From positions 32,001 to 96,000 of the IMG/VR virus record IMGVR_UViG_3300029288_000084: DNA of 64,000 nucleotides; one strand, 5' to 3'. Position numbers and translations under genes: made by a program. Every line of letters begins with the position of its first letter. Positions within the stretch are counted from its first letter, which is position 1. The notes under the pieces were generated by a model that was not told the origin of the DNA, made no database searches, and was given only the letters and a program-made list of their open reading frames with translations. The DNA comes from a virus (taxonomy: Duplodnaviria; Caudoviricetes). Of this stretch, positions 39,876-49,004 are shown piece after piece.

Positions 39876-42379
39876 TATGTGATTCCGTTATTGTTGTTTT
39901 TTCTCGTATATGGATCATCTAAATAAAAGCGATAATCAGGTTGTTGAATTACATTTGTTTGTGATATAATAGTTGGGCTTGCCTGTTGTTGATTTGGTTT
40001 TGTTGGTGTGGGGGTTGGGATATCTGTTACTGAAGCTAAAGTTGGTTGTGGCTTCCTAGCATTCTGTACATGCCAAGGTTCATTTTTTACTGGAGTATCT
40101 AAACCGGCCGATTCCATAAGTCCTAATCTCTTTGCTGTATTGATTTGTCGACTTTGTGCATCAAATGCTTTTGCTCCCTCGCCTCTATCTACGTGAGGAG
40201 ATCTATCTGGGGATGCAGCAAATTTATTTACTTTCTTTAACGCAGCTTGTTCAGCATATGTTCTAGCACCCGAATTTACTTGTAATTTTTCACCCGTTTC
40301 TTCTTTGTAATCAGTAGAAAGTTGAGCAAGATTTCCTTTAAGTCTGGGTTCTAAATTTTGAATATCAACATTTGGATTAGCTAGTGTTACATTATCTAAA
40401 GAAGTAGGAGATTCAGTAGCAGATGGGAGAATTATATTTTCGGTAGGTGCTTGAGGCATAGGTAAAGAAGGTGCATTTGCTTTGGGTATAGTTGGCATTG
40501 TAATAGATGCTTGCACTTGAGGAATTCCGCTTCTTTTCACTACTAAAAATTTCAACCACTTGTCTTGAAGATTCTTACCAGCTCGTCCAGTTCTAACTTT
40601 AGAGATCAGTCCATTTACTTGATCTTGTCTATTTTCATAATCAATATCTTTTGACAAACTTTCTTCTTGAGATCTTGTTATACCGTTTTGTTTTGCAAAT
40701 TCATTCCACAATCTTTGTCGTTCAGCAGATTTAGCTTTATTAACTCCTGTTGAGCCAACAATAGAAGCCATTTCTTGATCTTCAACACCCTGTTGCTTTT
40801 TCCATAAATGATTTAGAGTTAATCCCAAAGCCGCAATTGGTGCACCAAGAACTAAACCACCCCCAATACCAGCAGCTACGCCACCAACACCTGCATAACC
40901 AGAACCTGCTGCTGTAGCTGATGGTAACATTCCTTTTCCAAGATTTTTTCCTAATCCTAAAACTTTACTTAGTAAACTAGCCTTTCCAACTGTATCTAAA
41001 AGAGATGATCCCTTGCCTTCTTTATCAAGTGCAGCCTTTCTTTTACCAATACCTTGACTTTCCATGTAAGATTCAACATAATCGTGAATATCCATCAACC
41101 AAAAATCCCTATCTTCTACCTTGCGTTCTGAATAAACTCCATCCCAATTTTTTTTATAATCAACAAAATTATCCTTAAAATCTTCAACTAGTTTGTAAAA
41201 TTCTCCACCAGGGAGTAATGTACTAAAGAAATTTGACATAGCTTCTTCTTCGACAGGACTCATTTCTGTTGATGGCATTACAGAAGCAGTATAAAGAGGT
41301 CTTTCACCTCTAGCTGCTCCAAAATCTTCTGGCAATCCCAAACTTCCAGATTCTAATCCAAGTTCATCTTCTACACCAGCAGAGCTTGCCCTAATATCTT
41401 CCATCAAGGACTTTTCAAATTCGTCAGGTTCTTCAGCAGGTTCAACAACAGCTCGCTTTCTGTTTACAGATTCTATAAAGTTCTTTCTTCCTTCGGGGCT
41501 TTTTAATTCGCCAACTTTTTGCTCCATTTCAGTTAAAATAGGAGCCCATTTCTTTGGGTCATCTTTATTTTGTTCAAGGCGAAGAGTATATTCATTTTCC
41601 AATCTTTGTATTTCTTCATCTACTAACTGAGTTTTTGCTTTTTCAGATAATTTTTCAATCTTCTTTTTTTGATCGGGTTTTAATTTTTGACTTGATTTTT
41701 TTAACATCTCTGTATCAAATTCGTCCCCAACCTGATCTTTTGTTTTTCCTGAATACTTCTTTTTCTTTTCACTATAATATCTTTCTTTAGATTGATCATA
41801 TAATTTATCTTTCATTATACCTTGCATCAATTCTTTTTGTTGTAGAATTCTATGGGATTTAGCTTCTTCTTTCTGTTCCTTTCTTGCTTGTAACCACTGA
41901 GCTCCAATTATTAATGCAGGAGAATCAATTAAGACACCAGCTACACTAGCCATTGTAGCATATTTTCTTGACCCAGTAAATTGCTTTTTAATTTTACCTT
42001 TTACTGTTTGTTCAGGTGTTATAAGTTTTCCTGATTTTTTCTTTATTACACCTTTTCTTTGTTTAAATTCTTTCAATGCATTTGTATTCATAACAGTCAA
42101 CATATCATTTAGACTTTTGTATTCAACGTTTGTTAGTTGACCATTTGTATTTAATGCAGTAATTACTTTTCTGATATTTCGAATTGATTCCAAATTTTCT
42201 TGTGCATCTTCAGCTGTATTTGAAAGTATAATAGAATCAGCTAAATCATTCATTGAATCGGCAAGCGCGTATGCACCAGAAGAAAAATCATCTGGGTCTA
42301 CACGTTTTTTAGAAATGAGATTGAGTTTATTCCTCATTGATTTTTCAAATTCAGCTAATTTATTATTTTTATTGATCAT
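39875..42379 (-). CDS. Probable tape-measure / baseplate hub protein with a C-terminal M15-family peptidase
   Basis: Long helical, Gly/Ala-rich protein downstream of the tube and chaperone genes; NSGARTYAEQ...SPH...AFD...EPWH. Confidence 0.7.
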   Translation of the reverse strand: MINKNNKLAEFEKSMRNKLNLISKKRVDPDDFSSGAYALADSMNDLADSIILSNTAEDAQENLESIRNIRKVITALNTNGQLTNVEYKSLNDMLTVMNTNALKEFKQRKGVIKKKSGKLITPEQTVKGKIKKQFTGSRKYATMASVAGVLIDSPALIIGAQWLQARKEQKEEAKSHRILQQKELMQGIMKDKLYDQSKERYYSEKKKKYSGKTKDQVGDEFDTEMLKKSSQKLKPDQKKKIEKLSEKAKTQLVDEEIQRLENEYTLRLEQNKDDPKKWAPILTEMEQKVGELKSPEGRKNFIESVNRKRAVVEPAEEPDEFEKSLMEDIRASSAGVEDELGLESGSLGLPEDFGAARGERPLYTASVMPSTEMSPVEEEAMSNFFSTLLPGGEFYKLVEDFKDNFVDYKKNWDGVYSERKVEDRDFWLMDIHDYVESYMESQGIGKRKAALDKEGKGSSLLDTVGKASLLSKVLGLGKNLGKGMLPSATAAGSGYAGVGGVAAGIGGGLVLGAPIAALGLTLNHLWKKQQGVEDQEMASIVGSTGVNKAKSAERQRLWNEFAKQNGITRSQEESLSKDIDYENRQDQVNGLISKVRTGRAGKNLQDKWLKFLVVKRSGIPQVQASITMPTIPKANAPSLPMPQAPTENIILPSATESPTSLDNVTLANPNVDIQNLEPRLKGNLAQLSTDYKEETGEKLQVNSGARTYAEQAALKKVNKFAASPDRSPHVDRGEGAKAFDAQSRQINTAKRLGLMESAGLDTPVKNEPWHVQNARKPQPTLASVTDIPTPTPTKPNQQQASPTIISQTNVIQQPDYRFYLDDPYTRKNNNNGIT

Positions 42380-42395
42380 TTAAATCCTCATTAAA

Positions 42396-42403
42396 TATTT
42401 ATA
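42396..42403 (-). promoter_or_regulatory. Late promoter TATAAATA
   Basis: Exact box. Confidence 0.7.
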
Positions 42404-42590
42404 ATGGAGGACCTTTTTTAGCCTTTTTCTTTTTAAGATATTCGATAGTTATCCCCTTCCAAATATCTCTTTCATATACCGTCATACCATTTATGTCAGC
42501 TAATGAAAATAATTTGCTTCTAGATAAAAGATCAAAATTCGTTTTAAAATAGTCTATTACGGAAGTATAATCAACTACAAGTCTAAAAAA
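42399..42590 (-). CDS. gp51-like extension reached by a probable -1 frameshift from the gp26-like gene
   Basis: The -1 frame reads RLVVDYTSVIDYFKTNFDLL...FSLADINGMTVYERDIW...; no start codon before the conserved part; slippery T TTT TTA at 42584-42590. Confidence 0.7.
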   Translation of the reverse strand, partial: FFRLVVDYTSVIDYFKTNFDLLSRSKLFSLADINGMTVYERDIWKGITIEYLKKKKAKKGPPL

Positions 42591-43345
42591 CGGAGTAGAT
42601 CTCTTTCTACGAGTTTATTGTCATTAAGACATTTTGTGCATTTCCATTCTAATTCAAAATATGGTTTTGGTTCATTGACAAACCACTCTTTAATTTTTAC
42701 AATGTCTTTTTTGGATAAATTATTATCTGTCCATTCTATTGCTTCTTTCGGTGTTTTGAAATCGTATCTGGTATCACCCTCAAGGAAGGCAACAATATGA
42801 CTTTGAATTAATTCCATTTCAGCAATAGTTCTGTTCTTTACAATATCTTTATTATCCTTGCTAGATAAACTACGCATATAATCAACCGTAGGATATTGAA
42901 GTTCAAGTCCTCTTGTAGGTGTTAATCTGACAATCTTATCCTTATTGACATTCAAATTTTCAATTTTTTCAATCTCACTTAATTTGAACAGAACACCTTT
43001 GTCAATATAAGGTTCACCATCAGAATCTAAACACTTATCATTTTGGCAAGGTACATTGAGATAAATAGATTCACCCTTTGAAATTTTCATAATTTCAAGA
43101 AAAGACCATATCATATCATTGTAACTCATTTTAGAGACATTAAAATTTGTTGGTTTAATTACACAATTTTCAACAACTCTGATTAATCCATCTAAAAATT
43201 CACTTGTTTCTTCCGATTCTTTCCCTATTAGCCAGATCTTTTCTTCTTTAACTAAAGCAGGTCTAATTTCAACCATGCTCCCGGCACTGGGTAGTTTCTT
43301 TTGATAAGTTTCCAATTGAATTTTTTGTATATCGTTATTCATCAT
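42575..43345 (-). CDS. Baseplate hub / tail assembly chaperone (gp26-like)
   Basis: LPS.G..VEIRP.LVKEEKI.L, SKGE, LQYPT, CTKC. Confidence 0.88.
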   Translation of the reverse strand: MMNNDIQKIQLETYQKKLPSAGSMVEIRPALVKEEKIWLIGKESEETSEFLDGLIRVVENCVIKPTNFNVSKMSYNDMIWSFLEIMKISKGESIYLNVPCQNDKCLDSDGEPYIDKGVLFKLSEIEKIENLNVNKDKIVRLTPTRGLELQYPTVDYMRSLSSKDNKDIVKNRTIAEMELIQSHIVAFLEGDTRYDFKTPKEAIEWTDNNLSKKDIVKIKEWFVNEPKPYFELEWKCTKCLNDNKLVERDLLRFLDL

Positions 43346-43380
43346 AAACCTCCTATGTTAATATATATATAAGTGTATTC

Positions 43381-43911
43381 TTAAGCGTCTTTAAGTAAAT
43401 TTGTGATTTCAAAATCCCAATATTTAAATGTAACAGTAAATTGCATAGGCTCATCAACTTTCTCATAACCAAGACTAATATCAGCCAGATTTGTAGGATA
43501 AACTTCTCTTATTTTGTATTCTCTAACTGGTACTAAGGCTTTGTTAAGAATTGTAATAGCCATATCACAAACGTAATCTTTGTAATAGCTAACAGTAAAA
43601 GTGCTTTTATTTACAATCTGATCAATCCATTCTTCAAATGCTCTTCGAATTTTTAAATCTTTATCACAGATAAATGAAATTGTAATAGGATCAAAATCAA
43701 TTGAACTTGCAATATCTTTTTTCATCCCCCATAAAGCCATAGAATTAGTTCTTACTTCTTGTCCCGGGACATTTACAGAAGAAACAAGATATTTATATTC
43801 ATTATTGGGGAAAATAGATAGAAATTCTGTTCTAGTGAATTTAATGTGATAACGACTTGAAGAAGCTAACCCTTCAATATTTGATTTATAATCATCTACA
43901 GTATTAGACAT
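43381..43911 (-). CDS. Tail tube-like protein (gp54/gp19 family)
   Basis: SVNVPG, ISFICD, FEEW, YYKDY, EVYP, FTVTFKY. Confidence 0.85.
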   Translation of the reverse strand: MSNTVDDYKSNIEGLASSSRYHIKFTRTEFLSIFPNNEYKYLVSSVNVPGQEVRTNSMALWGMKKDIASSIDFDPITISFICDKDLKIRRAFEEWIDQIVNKSTFTVSYYKDYVCDMAITILNKALVPVREYKIREVYPTNLADISLGYEKVDEPMQFTVTFKYWDFEITNLLKDA

Positions 43912-43922
43912 AATACTCCTTG

Positions 43923-43950
43923 AAAAAAAAGGGGGAAATTGCTTTCCCCC
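43923..43950 (-). terminator. Rho-independent terminator after the tail tube gene
   Basis: GGGGGAAA-ttgc-TTTCCCCC hairpin; T8 tail on the minus strand. Confidence 0.85.
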
Positions 43951-43961
43951 ACTGATTTGCG

Positions 43962-44483
43962 TTAAATCTTAGCCCCTCTTGTTGTCTCAGATTCCCAGTA
44001 ATCATATGCGAAATTAACTGTATATTCTTCTGGAGAATCATTTGTATCCCAGTTTAATGCAATAGCACCACCAACGTTTGTTGGTATGCATCCAACCATG
44101 TGATATGTTTTGATAATATTGTGTTTACCATCGAGATGGTCAACACGCATATTTCTCTTAACATCATTTGCATTAATTGTTGAAATATTATCAACTGCTC
44201 CATTTACTAGCTCAGCCCACTCTTCCAGTTTCTTTCTGATTGTGAAGTTTAAATCGTTGTAAACTTCAACTGACCAATCATCGAAACTAGAATCTCCTGG
44301 AAAGACGATCTTTCTACCCATATAACCAACTTTGAAGTTGCCAATTGTTCTTGTTGGAACTTCAGAAGCTTTGCATAAAAACTGCATTATGGATTCACTA
44401 CCGGTTGGGAAAACAAGAGTGACTTGGAATAGATTTGGCCTAGATAAACTATTAACAGCTGACCTGAATCGATCTACATCCAT
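43962..44483 (-). CDS. Tail tube protein (gp19-like)
   Basis: SRPNLFQV, FLCKA, GRK...PGD, YND..F.IR, FAYDYW. Confidence 0.95.
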   Translation of the reverse strand: MDVDRFRSAVNSLSRPNLFQVTLVFPTGSESIMQFLCKASEVPTRTIGNFKVGYMGRKIVFPGDSSFDDWSVEVYNDLNFTIRKKLEEWAELVNGAVDNISTINANDVKRNMRVDHLDGKHNIIKTYHMVGCIPTNVGGAIALNWDTNDSPEEYTVNFAYDYWESETTRGAKI

Positions 44484-44511
44484 TCTGTTTTCCTCCTTTA
44501 CAAGATTTTAT

Positions 44512-44545
44512 GAGGAACTGTTAGCTTTGACACTAACAGTTCCTC
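44512..44545. terminator. 13-bp perfect hairpin after the major capsid gene
   Basis: GAGGAACTGTTAG / CTAACAGTTCCTC. No U-tract on the minus strand, so it may instead be a stability or processing element. Confidence 0.55.
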
Positions 44546-44573
44546 TTTACTTTCAATCAATACTATCACTCGT

Positions 44574-45926
44574 TTATAGAGTGATTGTGATCATCCTGTA
44601 ATAGAGTTCAGCACCGAATGGATTCTCGCCTAAACCATATCTGGTGTGGAACCAGATTCTGTTTTGACCATCTTCCTCACCAATGCCTTTCTTTACGTAT
44701 ACAGGAACATATGGGCAATAATATAAACCGGTATCCCACTCGCCGCCCTTGTAACCAATGGAAACGTAATCAGAAGTAGCGTACATATCGCAATAGACTT
44801 TGTACTTGCCACCTAAGGTTCCCATGAATGCATTGGCGCCGAGGTTGACATCAGCTAACCCACCAGAAACACCTTGACCAGCAGCGATCCAATGGCGCAT
44901 AGTCTCGAACTCAGAAATGACATCCAGAGATGCAACAATGATATTGCCGCGGCCTCTCATTGTGGTTTTTGCAATCTGGTTTGAAACTTTGTTGATATTA
45001 CCATACATTTCATAAGTACGTTCCATTGCCCATCTGCCAGGGGTACCATCGGTGCTGTAATTCCAAGAAGAAGTGCCACCTAGAGCAGCTTTCTCATTCC
45101 ACTTATCAAGGAACTTTTTGTTCATCTCAGCGATGATTTCCTGAGACATAATCTTGGTTAGCTCAGTATCGGCATCCAGATTCTGTTGAGCTTTTAAGTC
45201 CTGTTGGAGTTCATCAGTGTACTTAGCTTTTAGTTTGTAGCTATCAGCGGTAACTGTGGTTTTGAAGATGTCGAAACCAACTTCCTTGATGTTCTTTGCA
45301 GCAGCCTCAGCGAGTGCTACTGTAGTGAACTTTGCGTAATCCTTGAATAGGAACTTCCAGGCGATTTCGTTGGGATATACGGCAGAAATTGTGGTTATAG
45401 CAGTTGCATAAGGATCTGCATCATCAACTGCAGCAGCAGCTACAAAGGTACCAGAAGTCACATCTACTAACACTGTGTTAGTTTCAATGTAACGAATGAC
45501 GCCTACTGCAGGAGCAGCAGTTGAAATTGTGTCGCCAACAGAAAAGCCAGAAGCATCAGCTAGAACTAGGACAGTTGAAGTTGTGCGCTTGATGGCGTTG
45601 TTGGTATCATTATGATAAGAACTCTTTAAACCAAAGATCAGGCCCGAAGGACCGCTCATTGGCTGGGTACCATATAGATCCATACCGATTAGGTTTGGAT
45701 AACCCCTACGAATAACTGAAATCAGAACTGGGTCATATTTCTCAATATCACCAGTCTCTGTACGTTCTGTTAGTTTGTACTTACGGAAGTTCTCTAACAT
45801 TACGGCAACGAATTCTCTCTTATCCTGATTTTTGATTTCAGGAAAGCGAGAATGGTTTAGAATTTCGGCATAGCTTTCAGCCAAAAGTTCTTTGTTTGTC
45901 TTGACAATTTCTAAATTTTTATCCAT
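44574..45926 (-). CDS. Major capsid protein (gp23-like)
   Basis: DPVLISVIRR.YPNLI...QPMSGPSGLIF, LKAKYT.EL.QDLKA, YYCPYVP, TRYGL..NP. Confidence 0.97.
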   Translation of the reverse strand: MDKNLEIVKTNKELLAESYAEILNHSRFPEIKNQDKREFVAVMLENFRKYKLTERTETGDIEKYDPVLISVIRRGYPNLIGMDLYGTQPMSGPSGLIFGLKSSYHNDTNNAIKRTTSTVLVLADASGFSVGDTISTAAPAVGVIRYIETNTVLVDVTSGTFVAAAAVDDADPYATAITTISAVYPNEIAWKFLFKDYAKFTTVALAEAAAKNIKEVGFDIFKTTVTADSYKLKAKYTDELQQDLKAQQNLDADTELTKIMSQEIIAEMNKKFLDKWNEKAALGGTSSWNYSTDGTPGRWAMERTYEMYGNINKVSNQIAKTTMRGRGNIIVASLDVISEFETMRHWIAAGQGVSGGLADVNLGANAFMGTLGGKYKVYCDMYATSDYVSIGYKGGEWDTGLYYCPYVPVYVKKGIGEEDGQNRIWFHTRYGLGENPFGAELYYRMITITL

Positions 45927-45944
45927 TTTATGGCTTTCCTCCTT

Positions 45945-46652
45945 TTAACCAATTGCTAGTTTGCTGAGTTTTGAAGCAAACTTTGTTGCATCAGAATCAG
46001 CAGATTCGTTGATAATTTTCTTCCCATCATCAACATCCTCATCTTTGGAATTTAAAAAGCTTTCTTTCATGATTTTGATTTTTTCAGCAAAATCTTCGGC
46101 TCCCTCAAATTCCACCTCACCCATTAGAGTCTTTAGTTTTTCAACTTGATCTAACGGCATGCCTACTGTATTCTCTGCCCATACACGTAGACCAACTTCC
46201 AGTGTCTTCTCTTCCTTTAAAACTATAACCTCTTCCATAAGAGTGTTAGCTGTTTCTTTTAGTTCAGCTTCTTTAGTTTTGAAATCCTCAGCTAAAGGAG
46301 CAATGCCTTCAGGAAGTTGTAAATTGTGCTCTTTGAAAACACCTACAATACCTTTGAATAAATTCTCGTAGAGATGGTTTTTCATTGTTGCTTCTAAAAC
46401 ATCAACTTTCTCATTTAAATATTCCTCAGCTAATTTTTGAGTATATTCGCCGAGTTTATTAATGAGGTTGTCTTTAAATTCAACAAGTTCAGTCCTTGTC
46501 TCTTCGATCAGTTGATTCTTAATCTCTTCTTTGAGTGTTGCAATATGGGCAGATATTGCTCCTTCCCAAAGAGTATCAAGATTTTTGACTACTTCTTCAG
46601 TCAAAATTTTAGGATCAACTGACTTAAAAAGTTCTTTAAGTTGTTCCTTCAT
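45945..46652 (-). CDS. Prohead scaffold (gp22-like)
   Basis: Acidic coiled coil just upstream of gp23; EKLKTLM..VEF...F.EK...MKESF. Confidence 0.88.
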   Translation of the reverse strand: MKEQLKELFKSVDPKILTEEVVKNLDTLWEGAISAHIATLKEEIKNQLIEETRTELVEFKDNLINKLGEYTQKLAEEYLNEKVDVLEATMKNHLYENLFKGIVGVFKEHNLQLPEGIAPLAEDFKTKEAELKETANTLMEEVIVLKEEKTLEVGLRVWAENTVGMPLDQVEKLKTLMGEVEFEGAEDFAEKIKIMKESFLNSKDEDVDDGKKIINESADSDATKFASKLSKLAIG

Positions 46653-46738
46653 ATCTTTACCTCCTATTGAATATGTATAAAAATCTTAATTTGTAATTCT
46701 GTCAAAAATTGTTTTTAAGAAAAGATAAGAGAAAGGAA

Positions 46739-47212
46739 CTATTCTTTTATATTACGAATTTTGGATTTTAATTCTTCTATTTTATCTCTTAGTTCTTTCT
46801 TTTTTATATCAACTTTGTCTTTGTGATAATATTTTTCATCTAAATTATCAAATAATTCAGAAAGTTTGGCAATTTGTTCTTCATAGCTTTTAATTTTTGC
46901 TTCAGTGGCAGCTCTATCTAATGTTTCAGTTAAAAGATCTCTAAATGTATAAGGAGAATGAGATTCATTTTTAGAGGCATCCATCTTATCATTTCTTTCT
47001 ACTTGAGACCTTCTATTTTTTTCAGGTAAATTTTGCCTTCTCAATTGTTGTTGTTCATTTTTCCACTGTTTTTCTAAATCTTGTATAGCTTTAGAAAGCC
47101 TACCATATTCTCTGTCTTGAAATTCTTGAGATCCAGGAGCATCTTTATACAAAAATACAGCGGATTGCTTACGCAATTTTTCTCGTTTTTTATCAAATTC
47201 TTCTTTTGTCAT
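46739..47212 (-). CDS. Charged hypothetical protein, possibly an internal head protein
   Basis: Internal YTFRDLLTE motif, also seen in 48144-48458. Confidence 0.55.
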   Translation of the reverse strand: MTKEEFDKKREKLRKQSAVFLYKDAPGSQEFQDREYGRLSKAIQDLEKQWKNEQQQLRRQNLPEKNRRSQVERNDKMDASKNESHSPYTFRDLLTETLDRAATEAKIKSYEEQIAKLSELFDNLDEKYYHKDKVDIKKKELRDKIEELKSKIRNIKE

Positions 47213-47880
47213 TTTTTCCTCTTCATATCTTCAACTAATTCTTCAAATATCTTAATCAGAGTTTGACTCTTTTCTTCAACTGACATATTGACTTTGTATC
47301 TAACATCAATTTTATTATTTACGCTTTCAACTAACAACCCCTCTTCATTGAACTCAAACTCAACATCTTCACGAATGCCACGAACAAATGCAGCCTGTGC
47401 AGAAGGCTCAATTACAAGATCTCCTGGTGTGATTAAATGGAGATTTGATTGAACATAACTAGCATCGCTTCTTTCATCTAGAGTCCCAACTGAACGAGAA
47501 GACATTCCCAAAGTACTATCAATATCAATAAGGCCCCTAACGATTTTTCCTAAACCTTCCGGTGCAACTATTGCTTTTGAAATATAATCATACCCGTTTT
47601 TTTGAATATTTAAAAATCGGTGTGAAATTCTCTCTTCGTTTATTTTAGCATTATCAGGATGACCATATTCACCAAAACCTCTGTTTTGATTAATTTTTTC
47701 AGTCGTATAAGCTACAACTTCACGGTTAATAAATTCATCGGGATAAATACGTCCATTTCGGTTCTTAATATTGGACTGAATTGTAACACCTTCAACAAAG
47801 TATTGCTTTGGTTTATCAGCAGACTCTTGTATTATGTTTTTGACAATGTCAAATGTTTCTTCCTTAATTAGTTTCATCAA
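47209..47880 (-). CDS. Prohead protease (gp21-like)
   Basis: MKLIKE, KNRNGRIYP, GEYGHP, GMSSRS.G, D.V.EPSA..AFV. Confidence 0.96.
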   Translation of the reverse strand: MMKLIKEETFDIVKNIIQESADKPKQYFVEGVTIQSNIKNRNGRIYPDEFINREVVAYTTEKINQNRGFGEYGHPDNAKINEERISHRFLNIQKNGYDYISKAIVAPEGLGKIVRGLIDIDSTLGMSSRSVGTLDERSDASYVQSNLHLITPGDLVIEPSAQAAFVRGIREDVEFEFNEEGLLVESVNNKIDVRYKVNMSVEEKSQTLIKIFEELVEDMKRKK

Positions 47881-47892
47881 TTATCACCTCTT

Positions 47893-48147
47893 TTATGGCA
47901 TTACTATAATTTCATCAACTGTTTGTTTATTACCTTGCTCATGTGCCATTTTAATAGCAGTTCTTATTGCATCTGTAATCCCCATATTTGGACGGGGATT
48001 ATAATCTTTTCCATTAACTTTTATTATCCAATTTCCAGATCCCCTAGGTTTTTTGCCTTGAGAATTTTCATATCTACTAGTATCTACTCTGTAACTTTCC
48101 TCAAGTACCTCTTCAAATAATTCTTTAAAATCCATACTTATCCTCAA
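47893..48147 (-). CDS. Putative internal head protein
   Basis: MDFKELFEEVLEE near the N-terminus. Confidence 0.55.
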   Translation of the reverse strand: MRISMDFKELFEEVLEESYRVDTSRYENSQGKKPRGSGNWIIKVNGKDYNPRPNMGITDAIRTAIKMAHEQGNKQTVDEIIVMP

Positions 48148-48458
48148 CGGTAGTAACCATTATGAGATGCAATAACACCTAATTGTCCACCAGCTTTCTT
48201 TACTTTATCTTCGACTTTGTCCCCGACGTCTTTGTACTTCTTTTTGTGCTTCTCATATGCCTCTTCACCTTTGCTGTATGGTGGCCGAGTGTTAGATTCT
48301 CTGTTAGCGAGATTATACTTAAATTTAGCAAGTCTATTTTTCTCACTCTGAGTCAACAGATGTGCAGGTTTTTTCATTAAATCAGATATCTTAGCTTCTT
48401 CTATTACTTCTTCTACAAGGTCTTTAAAAGTATATTCAGTTGAACAAGATTTACTCAT
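48144..48458 (-). CDS. Putative internal head protein
   Basis: YTFKDLVEEVIEE followed by a basic region. Confidence 0.55.
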   Translation of the reverse strand: MSKSCSTEYTFKDLVEEVIEEAKISDLMKKPAHLLTQSEKNRLAKFKYNLANRESNTRPPYSKGEEAYEKHKKKYKDVGDKVEDKVKKAGGQLGVIASHNGYYR

Positions 48459-48481
48459 TTTTTTCTCCGTTTAAAATAATC

Positions 48482-48730
48482 TTACTTTTCATCCTCATCT
48501 GTGTTCTCATTATCATCATTTTCATCACTGTTGTTATCGCTATTTTCATTCTCATCAACATCTTCTTTCTTAGCTTCAGAAAGACCTAATTCTTGAGACA
48601 TGAAGTTAGGAAACTTTTCTTGAACTAATTTAATACGTTCTTTGATTTTCTCATCAACATCAGCACAAAATTCCTCTTTGAAGGTTGAAAAATCACCATC
48701 TAAAACGTTTTTTAAAACTGTAGCTTTCAT
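48482..48730 (-). CDS. Prohead core protein (gp67-like)
   Basis: Short helical N-terminus plus acidic tail, upstream of gp21. Late box at 48749-48756. Confidence 0.6.
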   Translation of the reverse strand: MKATVLKNVLDGDFSTFKEEFCADVDEKIKERIKLVQEKFPNFMSQELGLSEAKKEDVDENENSDNNSDENDDNENTDEDEK

Positions 48731-48911
48731 TTTTATTTCTCCTAATTTTATTTATACTATTGCTCTAAAAAATTTAACGATTTTTTTGAGCATTCTTCCT
48801 TCATAGACTGAACTTGCCTATCAATTTCTTGATAAGTAGAGGTTCGATCTCCAGAAGCGTAAATTCCGGTGTAATCCACCGTACTGTTTTTATTTTTTAT
48901 TTTCATATACA

Positions 48912-48919
48912 TATTTATA
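48912..48919 (-). promoter_or_regulatory. Late promoter TATAAATA
   Basis: Exact box downstream of the gp18 terminator. Confidence 0.65.
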
Positions 48920-48940
48920 AATTCTTTTCAAATTTTCCAA

Positions 48941-48980
48941 AATAAAAAGAGTAAAAGGGGTTATTGAAACCCCTTTTACT
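48941..48980 (-). terminator. Rho-independent terminator after the tail sheath gene
   Basis: AGTAAAAGGGGTT / AACCCCTTTTACT 13-bp stem; T-rich tail on the minus strand. Confidence 0.85.
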
Positions 48981-49004
48981 GTATATCCCATTTACTCTAC
49001 TTTC

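Noticed and set aside
48836-48856. GGTTCGATCTCC resembling a tRNA T-loop
   Set aside because: No proper T stem, acceptor stem or anticodon arm; the opposite strand holds a short ORF of about 51 codons.
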